Source: an uncultured Gemmatimonadales bacterium (lineage in GTDB: Bacteria > Gemmatimonadota > Gemmatimonadetes > Gemmatimonadales > GWC2-71-9). From it: DNA of 64,000 bases. The stretch lies in the NCBI GenBank assembly GCA_963728915.1, contig CAVSLV010000001.1, positions 608,001 to 672,000 of the forward strand, in the 5' to 3' direction. The position numbers and the translations under genes were made by a program. Below the pieces are notes generated by a model, which saw only the letters and a program-made list of their open reading frames with translations, ran no database searches and was not told where the DNA came from. Positions 20,606 to 29,876 of the stretch are shown here, piece after piece; position 1 is the first letter of the stretch; every line of letters starts with the position of its first letter.

Positions 20606-22398
20606 GTGACAGCTTCCGCTCCCCCCCCGGCCCGCCGCGGTTTCGCCGATTGCTCCTCACCGTCGCCTTCCTGGCGGTGATCGTGCTCGTGCCGGTCCTG
20701 GGCCGTCGACCACCGGCCCAGGCGGCGGGGTCGGCGCCGGGCGCCGGCACCTGGCACTTCGAGAACGTCGCCCCAGAGGCCGGCCTTGACTTCGTCCATC
20801 ACGGCCCGACCCTCGATGCCAGACTGGACAACGTCGCGCCGCTGATCGCCGCGATGGGGGCATCGGTCTCGGTGTCCGACGTGGACCGCGACGGGTGGCC
20901 CGACCTGTACCTGACCAACAGCCGATTCGGATTTCCCAACGCACTGTACATGAATCGCCACGACGGCACCTTCGTCAACCGCGCCGCCGAGGCCGGCATC
21001 GCCGATCTCAACCGCCCGGGCGAGGGGGTCTCGATGGGCGCCGTCTGGGGCGACATCGACAACGACGGCCTGGAGGACGTCCTGGTCTACAAGTACGGCT
21101 ACCTCCAGCTCTTTCGGAATCTGGGCAACCTGCGTTTCGAGGACATCACCGAGCGAGCCGGGCTCCGGCAATGGATGAACAGCAATGGGGCCATCTGGTT
21201 CGACTACGACCGGGACGGGCTGCTCGACCTGTATGTGACCGCGTACTTCCGCTCGGACCTCGATCTCTGGCACCTCAAGTCCACCCGGATCATGCACAAC
21301 AGCTGGGAGTTCGCCACCAATGGTGGCGTCAACCGGCTGTTCCATAACCTGGGCGGCGGCCGGTTCGAGGACGTGACGGAGCAGACCGGGACCGGGAGCG
21401 CCCGATGGACCCTGGCGGCGGGTTCGGCGGACTTCAATCATGACGGCTGGCCCGATCTCTTCCTCGCCAACGACTATGGTCCGGAGGAGTTGTACCTGAA
21501 CGACGGGGGACGGCGGTTCATCCTAACCCGGGCCGGACTGGAAAGCGACTCCAAGAGCGGCATGTCGGTGAGCCTGGGCGACGTGCTGAACCGGGGCCGC
21601 CTCGACGTGTTCGTGACCAACATTTCGGAGCCTGGCTATCTCTTCCAGGGCAACAACCTCCGGCTGAACTTTCTCTCCGAGCTGGGCCGCTTCGAACAGG
21701 GAGCGGGGCAGGGAGGGGTGATCGCCGATGCGGGCTGGGCCTGGGGCGCCCAGCTCGGCGATCTCGACAATGACGGACGCAACGAGCTGTTCATCGTCAA
21801 CGGGTATGTCTCCGGCGATCGGGACCGCGACTACTGGTACGGCATGTCGAAAGTGGCCGGCGCCAACGGGAATCTGTTCGAGGACACCCGGAACTGGGCC
21901 CCGATCGGGAACGCGAGCCTCTCCGGGTTCGAGCGCTCCCGGGTGCTGGTATCTCGCGAGGGGCGGTGGGAGGATGTGGCCGCCCGGGTCGGGGTCCGCG
22001 ACGAGTATGACGGCAGGGCCGTCGCTCTGGCCGATCTCTGGAACCGCGGTGTGCTGGATGTGATCGTGGCGAACCAGGCTCAGCCGGTGCTGCTGTACCG
22101 GAACAGCGTGCCGCCCGGAAGGCACTGGATCGGGTTCGATCTCACCGGGACCCGCAGCAATCGGAGCGCCATCGGCGCCGAAGTCGCGGTATTCGCTCCG
22201 GGATTGCGACAGCTCAGAGTGGTGGACGGAGGCATGGGGTTCGCGAGCCAGAATGACCGGCGACTCCACTTCGGACTGGGGGCGGCGACGGCACTCGACT
22301 CGGTCGAGATCCGCTGGCCTTCGGGGGCACGGCAGATCCTCACCCACCTCGAGGTGGACCGCTTTCACCGCGTGGCGGAACCGGGCCCGACCCCATGA
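20606..22398 (+). CDS. CRTAC1/ASPIC-UnbV family protein (FG-GAP repeats); true start probably GTG 20606 across a C8 tract, in-frame start TTG 20650
   Basis: DVDRDGWPDLY, DIDNDG, DFNHDGWPD, GWAWG, SNRSAIGA, SQNDRRLHFGLG, IRWPSG. Confidence 0.88.
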
Positions 22399-23249
22399 CG
22401 GCGAGCTCCTCGCTGGCCCTGCCGCGCCAGAGTCTGTGGGAGCGGCTCGGCCGGATCGATCCGCGCTACCTCATCTCCTTCCTCATCACGCTGGTCCTGG
22501 TGCTGGGGGAAGTCCGCTACGGGATTCTCGGCGGTTATGAGCGGCTCGCCATCACCTTGTCGGTGTGCGTGGGCACCGAGCTCCTTCTGTCGCGCTGGTT
22601 GCGGGGCAAGTTCGCCTCGATCCAGAGCGCCTACATCTCGGGCATCAGTCTGGCGCTGCTGCTCAAACCCCAGACTGGGCTGCTCTGGCCCTTCGCGGTC
22701 GGCTCGTTCCTGGCGATCGCCTCGAAGTACGTCCTGACCTATCGGAACCAGCATCTCTGGAATCCCAGCAATTTCGCCATCGCACTCCTGCTGGTGCTGG
22801 CGCCCGGCAGCGTGGCCATCCTGAGCCATCAGTGGGGGAATCACTTCGCCACCAATGCGGTGATCTGGGCGTTCGGCCTGCTCATCGCGGCGCGGGTCAG
22901 AGTGCTCCACGTCACACTCACCTATGTGGCCGCATTCCTGGCGCTCGCGGCGCTCCGGAGCCTGCTCGCGGGAACGGTATTTCTGGTCGAAGCCGCCCCC
23001 ATCACGGGGCCGATGTATCAGCTCTTCATCTTTTTCATGGTGACGGACCCCCGAACCACGGTCGCGACCCGGCGGGGGCGGATCGGCGTGGTGCTGGTGG
23101 TGGCGCTGGTGGAAGGCCTGATTCGATTCGCGGGGGACCGGCACCTCGCCGCCCTGAACCTGCTGTATCCCGCCCCGCCGATCCTGGCGCTGGCGATGGT
23201 GGGCCCCCTCGCGAAATGGATCGATCTCAGGCGGCGAGCGCCTCGCTGA
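22395..23249 (+). CDS. UnbU-like / RnfD-NqrB-like integral membrane protein
   Basis: About 9 TMs; SKYVL...HLWNPSNF and FIFFMVTDPRT motifs; ATGA overlap with the upstream gene. Confidence 0.8.
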   Translation: MTASSSLALPRQSLWERLGRIDPRYLISFLITLVLVLGEVRYGILGGYERLAITLSVCVGTELLLSRWLRGKFASIQSAYISGISLALLLKPQTGLLWPFAVGSFLAIASKYVLTYRNQHLWNPSNFAIALLLVLAPGSVAILSHQWGNHFATNAVIWAFGLLIAARVRVLHVTLTYVAAFLALAALRSLLAGTVFLVEAAPITGPMYQLFIFFMVTDPRTTVATRRGRIGVVLVVALVEGLIRFAGDRHLAALNLLYPAPPILALAMVGPLAKWIDLRRRAPR

Positions 23250-24360
23250 GCTTTTCCAGAAACCGTTCCACGGTGGCGGGCTCGGCGTTGTATCCCATGA
23301 CCCCGACCCGCCACACCTTCCCGGCGAGCGGGCCTAACCCGCCGCCCATTTCCACGCCCAGCGCGAGGAGCCGGCTCCGGACGCTCGCTTCGTCGACCCC
23401 CTCGGGGACCCGGATGACGTTGATGGTCGGGGCCCGGTTCGCCGGAGGGGGAAAGAGCGAGAGCCCCAGGCGGTCGAGTCCCCGCACCAGGACCTCGTGG
23501 GCCGCGCGGTGGCGGGCCCAGCGCGCTTCGAGGCCCTCCTCCAGCGTGAGGCGCAAGGCCTCGTGGAAGCCGTACACCATGGCCACCGGCCCGGTGTGGT
23601 GGAAAGCCCGCTTCTTTTCGGCGCTCCCTTCGCCCCAGTACTGAAACAACAGGCCGAGGTCCAGGTACCAGGTGGAGGGCGGGGCCTTGCGGGCCTGGAC
23701 CCGGGCCATGGCCCGGGGCCCCACCGTGATCGGCCCTAACCCGGGGGGCGCGCCCAGGCATTTCTGGGAGCAGGAACCCGCGGCGTCGATGCCCCAGGCA
23801 TCGACCTCCACCGGCATGCCGCCCAGGGAGGTGACGCAATCCATCACGACCAGCGCGTCATGCTGGCGACCCAGGGCCGCCATGTCCTTGCCCGGCTGAC
23901 AGGCCCCGGTCGTGGTTTCCACGTGCACGAAGGCCAGGAGATTGGCGGGTTTCTGCTGGAGCAGCTTCTCGACCGCGGAGAGGTCCGCGATGTCCCCGGG
24001 AGGCGATTGCACGGTGCGCACCGTCGCCCCGGCCCGCCGGGCCAGCTCGGCCAGGCGCTGCCCGAAATAGCCGTTGATCACCACCACCGCGTCGTCGCCC
24101 GGCTCGAGCAGGTTCATCAGGATCGCTTCCAGCCCGGCCGATCCCGTGCCCGAAATCGGTATGGTGTGATGATTGGAGGTGCGGAAGACCCTGCGGAGCG
24201 CCTCCATGGTCTGGTCCATCAGCTCCACGAAGTAGGGATCGAGATGCCCCACTGGATTGGCCGTCATGGCCTGGAGCACCCGGGGATCGGGATTGCTGGG
24301 ACCCGGCCCCATCAGGAGTCGGGCCGGAGGAGCGAGCGGCGCTGGCGCGAGGGGAGTCAT
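23227..24360 (-). CDS. Class V PLP aminotransferase (alanine/serine-glyoxylate aminotransferase)
   Basis: LLMGPGPSN, VHVETTTG, DCVTSLGG, SCSQKCLGAPPG (PLP Lys), WRVGVMG. Confidence 0.92.
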   Translation of the reverse strand: MTPLAPAPLAPPARLLMGPGPSNPDPRVLQAMTANPVGHLDPYFVELMDQTMEALRRVFRTSNHHTIPISGTGSAGLEAILMNLLEPGDDAVVVINGYFGQRLAELARRAGATVRTVQSPPGDIADLSAVEKLLQQKPANLLAFVHVETTTGACQPGKDMAALGRQHDALVVMDCVTSLGGMPVEVDAWGIDAAGSCSQKCLGAPPGLGPITVGPRAMARVQARKAPPSTWYLDLGLLFQYWGEGSAEKKRAFHHTGPVAMVYGFHEALRLTLEEGLEARWARHRAAHEVLVRGLDRLGLSLFPPPANRAPTINVIRVPEGVDEASVRSRLLALGVEMGGGLGPLAGKVWRVGVMGYNAEPATVERFLEKLSEALAA

Positions 24361-25874
24361 CCGAGTCCGAGTTTCTTGGCGAGGCCGATCCGCTGGAGCT
24401 TGCCGGTCGGGCCCACCGGGATCTGGTCGAGAATGAGGATCTTGCGAGGCACTTTAAAGTCGGCGAGCCGTTCCGACGCGAAGCGCCGGAGGTCCTGATC
24501 GGTCGCCGCGGTCCCCTGGCGAAGCACGATCGCCGCCGCGACCTCCTCGCCCAGCAACTGGTGCGGCATCGCGAAACAGACGCACTGATGGACCGCGGGG
24601 TGTTCCATCAGGATCTCATCGACCTCGCGGGGCGAGATCTTCTCGCCACCCCGATTGATGATTTCCTTGAGGCGGCCGGTAAGGCTCAGGTATCCCTCGT
24701 CGTCCATGACGCCCTGATCGCCGGTGCGGAACCAGTCACCATAGAACGCGTCCGCGTTGGCTCCCGGGTTGTTCTCGTAGGCGGCCATCACGTTCGGTCC
24801 TCGAATCACGATTTCTCCGGTCGCCCCCCGGGCGACCTCCCGGCCGCTCGGGTCCACGACCCGGATCTCCGGCCCTGCGGCAGTGCCGACCGATCCGGGC
24901 TTCCGGGAAGCCGGCGGCAGGGGATTGCTGGCCATCTGGTGCGCCGCCTCGGTCATGCCGTAGGCCTCGAGCACCGGGACGCCGAACACCCGCTCCATCT
25001 CCGCGAGCACCGTGGGGGGAAGCGCCGAGGAAGAGGAGCGGATGAATCGGAGCCGGTGATCGCGCAATGCGTCCGGGTTCTTGGCGGCCCGGAGCAGAAT
25101 GGTCTGGTGCATCGTCGGCACCCCGCTGTACCAGGTCGGCTTCACCTCCGCAAACCAGGACAGGAACTTGAGCGCATTGAATCCCGGGGAGCAGCAGACC
25201 TCACTGCCCACCGAAAGCGGGGCGAGGAGCGACGCGATCAGGCCGTGGATGTGGAAGAGGGGCATGATCACGAGCCCGCGGTCCGGCCGGGTGAGCGCGA
25301 GGGTCGCCGCGACGTTCCGGGCCGAAGTCGTGAGGTTGCGATGACTCAGGGGAACGATCTTGGGCCGCGAGGTCGTCCCCGAGGTATGAAGGACCAGCCC
25401 GATATCCAGAGGCGTGACCGGTCGCGCGCCGGACGCTCCCCGCCCAGGAGGCAGCTCGAGGCGGAATGTCCCGGCGCCCTTTGCCGGCTCCGGAATCAAT
25501 CGCGCAACCGGAATCCCGAGCCGGGCAGCCACCTGAGCCGCCGGGGAGTCCGCGACACCGGTGACCAGCAGCTTGGCCCCCAGATCGGTGAGATAGAACT
25601 CGAAGTCCTCGCCCCGGTACCCGGGATTGAGCGGCGCCGCGGTCGCCGCGGCGGCGATCGCAAGAAACGCGGCTGCCATCTCGGGCCCATTGTCGAGGAC
25701 GATCGCGACCCGATCGGAGGGCTCGATGCCGAGGCCGGCCACCTCGGCGCCGACCCGGGTCACCAGGGCCCGAAGATCGGCGTAGGACAAGGGAGTTCCC
25801 CCCGGCGTGCTGAGCGCGGTCGCCTCGTTCCGGCCGGCAAGGAGGAGCTCGGGAAGCGTGGAAGCGGAAGTCAT
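24357..25874 (-). CDS. Acyl-CoA synthetase, oxalate-CoA ligase (AAE3/Pcs60)-like
   Basis: LHTSGTTSRPK, PLFHIHGL, RFIRSSSS, EAYGMTEAAHQMASNPL, GKLQR; ATG at 25874 in an ATGA overlap. Confidence 0.85.
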   Translation of the reverse strand: MTSASTLPELLLAGRNEATALSTPGGTPLSYADLRALVTRVGAEVAGLGIEPSDRVAIVLDNGPEMAAAFLAIAAAATAAPLNPGYRGEDFEFYLTDLGAKLLVTGVADSPAAQVAARLGIPVARLIPEPAKGAGTFRLELPPGRGASGARPVTPLDIGLVLHTSGTTSRPKIVPLSHRNLTTSARNVAATLALTRPDRGLVIMPLFHIHGLIASLLAPLSVGSEVCCSPGFNALKFLSWFAEVKPTWYSGVPTMHQTILLRAAKNPDALRDHRLRFIRSSSSALPPTVLAEMERVFGVPVLEAYGMTEAAHQMASNPLPPASRKPGSVGTAAGPEIRVVDPSGREVARGATGEIVIRGPNVMAAYENNPGANADAFYGDWFRTGDQGVMDDEGYLSLTGRLKEIINRGGEKISPREVDEILMEHPAVHQCVCFAMPHQLLGEEVAAAIVLRQGTAATDQDLRRFASERLADFKVPRKILILDQIPVGPTGKLQRIGLAKKLGLG

Positions 25875-26875
25875 GAGCGAGGGATCGCGAGGGTGGCGTG
25901 ATGGGTCGTCAGGGTGTGGGCCAGAAGGCTGGCGCAGGCGTACACCGCATCGATCGCGGGCGTCGGGGATTCGGTCAGGCGGGCCAGCTCCACCACCGAC
26001 CCCAGGACCGCTTCGAGCTCGAGCGGTTTTCCCGCCTCGACGTCCTGAAGCATCGAGGTCTTGTGGTCCCCCACCTTTTCGGCCCCGGCGATCCGCTTGT
26101 CGCTGCCGATCCGGAAAGTAATGCCAAGCCTGCCGGCCACGGTCTCCGCTTCCCGCATCATCCGGACGCAGAGCTCCCGGGTTAGGGGGAATCGCAGCAG
26201 CTCGCTGAGTGTGGTGTGGGTCAGGGCGCTGATCGGGTTCATGCTGAGGTTGCCCCACAGCTTGATCCAGATTTCGGACCGGATGTCTTTCACCACCGGG
26301 GCCTTGAACCCGGCCCGGCCGAACGCCTGGCTGATCGCGATGGCGCGGGGAGACTCGCTGCCATCCGGCTCGCCCAGGCTGAACCGCCGGCCCTCGACCA
26401 CCCGCACCACGCCGGGACGCTCGAGCACCGCCGCCGGGTAGACCACGGAGCCGACGATCCGCTCGGGGTCGATGTGCCGGGCGATGGCGCCGTCAGGATC
26501 GACCGAGGCGAGGTGGCGTCCATCGAATCCACCTCCATGACGGTGGAAGTACCACCAGGGGATTCCGTTCTGCATGGTGACGATGGTGGTGTCCCGGTGG
26601 CACAGGCTGGCGAGTCCGGGCGCGATCGCCGCGACCTGGTGGGCCTTGACGGTGAGGAGCACCACGTCGTGGGGGCCCAGGTCCTGAGGGCGATCGGCGG
26701 CGTTTCCCCGGGCGTGCACCTCGGCGCCGTCCTCGCCGATGACGCGGATGCCGTCCCGCTTGAGGGCGTCAAGGTTCGCCCCCCGCGCGATGAAACTCAC
26801 CTCTTCCCCGGCGGCCGCGAGCCAGCCGCCGAGATACCCGCCGATCGCGCCGGCGCCCACCACCGCGAACTTCAT
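25871..26875 (-). CDS. Ketopantoate-reductase (PanE/ApbA)-family protein, probable oxalyl-CoA reductase
   Basis: GAGAIGG, MQNGIPWWYF, KLWGNLSMNPISALT, KTSMLQD; lies between oxlT and the CoA ligase. Confidence 0.82.
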   Translation of the reverse strand: MKFAVVGAGAIGGYLGGWLAAAGEEVSFIARGANLDALKRDGIRVIGEDGAEVHARGNAADRPQDLGPHDVVLLTVKAHQVAAIAPGLASLCHRDTTIVTMQNGIPWWYFHRHGGGFDGRHLASVDPDGAIARHIDPERIVGSVVYPAAVLERPGVVRVVEGRRFSLGEPDGSESPRAIAISQAFGRAGFKAPVVKDIRSEIWIKLWGNLSMNPISALTHTTLSELLRFPLTRELCVRMMREAETVAGRLGITFRIGSDKRIAGAEKVGDHKTSMLQDVEAGKPLELEAVLGSVVELARLTESPTPAIDAVYACASLLAHTLTTHHATLAIPRS

Positions 26876-28107
26876 CGAGCGAGGACGCGAACCCGTAGCG
26901 GCTTGAGGGCGATGAGCGCGAGGATCGCCGCCAGCAGGTTCATCACGGCCGCGGCCATGAATACCGCGTGCCATCCACCCGATACGGCGATGATGCTGCT
27001 CAGCGGCACCAGCAGCGACGCCGCTCCCTTGGCCGTGTACAGCACTCCGGCGTTGGCCGCAGCGTACTTCCGGCCCCAGGTGTCCCCGCAAGTCGCGGGG
27101 AACAGGCTGTAGATCTCGCCGTAGGCAAAGAACACGAGCCCGGTGAGGAGCACGAAGGACGTCGCGTTCGCCCCGTATCGGCTGAGGAAGTAGATACTCA
27201 CCGCCTCGGCGGTGAACGCGAGGAACATCGTATTCTCCCTGCCGAGGCGGTCGGAGATCCAGCCAAAGAAGGGGCGGCTGAGACCGTTGAGAATCCGGGT
27301 GAATGACAGGGCGAAGGGAAGGGCCGCCATCGAGATTCCCAGCAGTGTCACCGGAACCCCGGCGATGCTCAGATCCTTGGCGATCGGGGTGAGCTGGGCG
27401 GTGACGACCAGTCCCCCCGCCGCCGTGAGGGCGAACATCACATACAGGACCCAGAACGCGGGGGAGCGCAGCATTTCACCCGGGTTTCGCTCCGGAGGCG
27501 CCACCACGTTGGCGCGAGTCCTCGGTGGCGGCGCCTTGAAGGAGGCGTCGGGCGCCTTGAGAAACCAGCCCAGCAGAAACACTACGGCGCCCTGGGCAAC
27601 GCCGAATTTGAAAAAAGCGGATTGATATCCCTGCGAGGCGATCATGTTGGCGATCGGAACCACGGTCAGCGCGGACCCCGAGCCGAATCCCATCGCGGTC
27701 AGTCCGGCGGCCAGGCCCCGGCGGTCGGGAAACCACTTGAGCGCGTTGCCGATGGTGGCCCCGTACACCCCGCCCGCTCCGATGCCGCCAACCACCGCTC
27801 CGAGGTAGAGCAGGAGAAGGGAATCGGCTTTCGAGTTGATGACCCAGGCGAGCGCTACCAGGATCCCGGACACCACACCGACCATCCGGGGTCCGAAGCG
27901 GTCCACCAGCCACCCCTCGAGTGGAACCAGCCAGGTCTCGACCAGAACGAAGATGCTGAAGGCCACCTGGATGGCGGGGAGGCCCCACTGGTAGCGCTCA
28001 TTGATCGGATTGACGAACAGGGTCCAGCCATACTGCAGATTGGCGATCATCACCATGCAGATGATGCCGAGAACGAGCTGGAACCAGCGGGTGGAGGAGG
28101 TGGTCAA
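26872..28107 (-). CDS. oxlT: Oxalate/formate MFS antiporter
   Basis: RWFQLVLG...IANLQYGWTLF, KWFPDRRGLAAG, NGLSRPFFG, GEIYSLFP, LYTAKG; about 12 TMs. Confidence 0.9.
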   Translation of the reverse strand: MTTSSTRWFQLVLGIICMVMIANLQYGWTLFVNPINERYQWGLPAIQVAFSIFVLVETWLVPLEGWLVDRFGPRMVGVVSGILVALAWVINSKADSLLLLYLGAVVGGIGAGGVYGATIGNALKWFPDRRGLAAGLTAMGFGSGSALTVVPIANMIASQGYQSAFFKFGVAQGAVVFLLGWFLKAPDASFKAPPPRTRANVVAPPERNPGEMLRSPAFWVLYVMFALTAAGGLVVTAQLTPIAKDLSIAGVPVTLLGISMAALPFALSFTRILNGLSRPFFGWISDRLGRENTMFLAFTAEAVSIYFLSRYGANATSFVLLTGLVFFAYGEIYSLFPATCGDTWGRKYAAANAGVLYTAKGAASLLVPLSSIIAVSGGWHAVFMAAAVMNLLAAILALIALKPLRVRVLAR

Positions 28108-28185
28108 GGCGTCGCTACGCTCGCTCGATTCGCTTGCCCTGTCAAGGCCTTGCGGCGCCTCTGGCCGCGCGAGAACTTCTCACCC

Positions 28186-29715
28186 ATGAAAACCGGATTG
28201 GCCGTCATCATCGGGCTGGTGGTCGTGGGAGCGGCCCCCGCCCGCGCGCAGGACCTTCGGGGATTCGACGAATACGTCTCGCGAAGCATGCGGGACTGGC
28301 GGATTCCCGGACTCGCGATCGCGGTGGTCCACGGCGACTCCATCGTATTCCTGAAGGGGTATGGTGTCCGCGAGGCCGGCAAACCGGAACCGGTCACGGT
28401 GCACACCCGCTTCGGGATCATGTCCACGACCAAGGCCTTTACCGACGTGCTGCTGGCGATGCTGGTGGACAGCGGCAAGGTCGGTTGGGACGATCCGGTA
28501 GGCAAGTACATCCCCGAGCTGATGCTCCAGGATCCGTGGGTGACTCGCGAGCTCCGGGTCCGGGATCTGCTCACCCATCGCATCGGCTTTCCCGACCCCG
28601 ATTACCTGTGGTACGCCCAGCCGCTCAGCCTGCCCGAGATCATCCAGCGATTGCGTCTCGTGCCGGTGGCGTCGAGCTTCCGGTCCCGGTTCGCCTACAA
28701 CAACATCGCCTATGCCCTGGCCGGCGAGATCGTAACCCGCGCCGGCCGGGCGCCCTGGGCCGACCAGATGCGCCAACGGATCTACGCTCCCCTCGGCATG
28801 ACCGAAAGCGTGCCCGATCAGGGCGAGCTGGACCGACTCCGGATCACCGACGTGACCTCCCCGCATGCGCTGGTCGGAGACACGCTCCGGGTGCTCCACC
28901 TGCCGGTGGCACCGGTCGATCCCATCGCGCCGGCGGGAGCGATGTTCGCCAGCATCCAGGATATGGCCCGTTGGGTCCGGTTCCTGCTCGATACCGGGCG
29001 GGTTGGCCGAACGTCGCTGGTGAGCGTGGAGTCCTGGAAGCAGCTGTTCACGGCCCAGCAGGTGGTTCCCCCCGACGAATTCTATCCCACGGCGCGGCAA
29101 ACCCATCCCCACTTCACCGCGTATGGCCTGGGCTGGTTTCTGGAGGACTATCGTGGCGAGTTCGTGGCCTTCCATACCGGCAGCATCGACGGGAGGTCCG
29201 CGATCGTCGGATTGTTGCCCGATCGACGGGCCGGCGTGGTGGTGCTCACCAACCTCGACCATTCGGAGCTCCGTCACGCCCTGATGTACACCGTGTTCGA
29301 CCGTTTTCTCGGTCCCGACCCCCGGCCCCATGACTGGAGCGGGGAACTCCACGCGATGTATCGCGCGCTTGCCGATACCGCCCGGCTCCGTCGCACTGCC
29401 GTGGAAGCCCGCCGGATCGGCGGGACCACGCCGACCCTCCCCCTTCCCAGGTACGCCGGGACATACAGCGACAGCCTCTACGGGACCCTGCTCGTCGAGC
29501 TGATTGGCGATCGCCCGGTGGTGCGTTGGGGCGTGCTGACGGGAGACCTCACCCACTGGCAATACGACACCTTCCGGGTCACCTGGCAATCGCCCCTCGC
29601 CGACCCGGATTACCTGTCGTTCGGCCTGGATGCCGCTGGCCGTCCCGCGGTGGCCCGCTTCGCGGACTCTCCCATTCAATTCCATCGCATCGGAACGCAA
29701 TCCGGACACGAGTAG
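28186..29715 (+). CDS. Serine hydrolase (beta-lactamase/AmpC-like) with DUF3471-like C-terminal domain
   Basis: Signal peptide; STTK (SxxK), LLTHR, YNN, HTG; C-terminal YAGTYSDSLYG. Confidence 0.9.
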   Translation: MKTGLAVIIGLVVVGAAPARAQDLRGFDEYVSRSMRDWRIPGLAIAVVHGDSIVFLKGYGVREAGKPEPVTVHTRFGIMSTTKAFTDVLLAMLVDSGKVGWDDPVGKYIPELMLQDPWVTRELRVRDLLTHRIGFPDPDYLWYAQPLSLPEIIQRLRLVPVASSFRSRFAYNNIAYALAGEIVTRAGRAPWADQMRQRIYAPLGMTESVPDQGELDRLRITDVTSPHALVGDTLRVLHLPVAPVDPIAPAGAMFASIQDMARWVRFLLDTGRVGRTSLVSVESWKQLFTAQQVVPPDEFYPTARQTHPHFTAYGLGWFLEDYRGEFVAFHTGSIDGRSAIVGLLPDRRAGVVVLTNLDHSELRHALMYTVFDRFLGPDPRPHDWSGELHAMYRALADTARLRRTAVEARRIGGTTPTLPLPRYAGTYSDSLYGTLLVELIGDRPVVRWGVLTGDLTHWQYDTFRVTWQSPLADPDYLSFGLDAAGRPAVARFADSPIQFHRIGTQSGHE

Positions 29716-29761
29716 ATTTCCCGGGGTTCCCGTCCCCAATTCATTCGGTTCCGGAGGAGTC

Positions 29762-29863
29762 ATGCGTCACCTGATGTGCGCGCTTCTCGTTGTCGGCGGT
29801 GTCCCCAACCTGCCGGCAGGGCTTCGCCCCGTGAACGAACGTTCAGACCAGAGGCGGAAGTAG
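29762..29863 (+). CDS. Possible 33-aa small protein or gene remnant
   Basis: Strong GGAGGAG before ATG; MRHLMCALLVVGGVPNLPAGLRPVNERSDQRRK. Confidence 0.3.
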   Translation: MRHLMCALLVVGGVPNLPAGLRPVNERSDQRRK

Positions 29864-29876
29864 TCCGTCGCCGGTC

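Noticed and set aside
22395..23249. Rnf/Nqr respiratory complex or a complete enediyne cluster
   Set aside because: No other rnf/nqr subunits, PKS, thioesterase or UnbL in the window.
28140..28145. Perfect TTGACA on the minus strand upstream of oxlT
   Set aside because: No acceptable -10 hexamer at 16-18 nt spacing.
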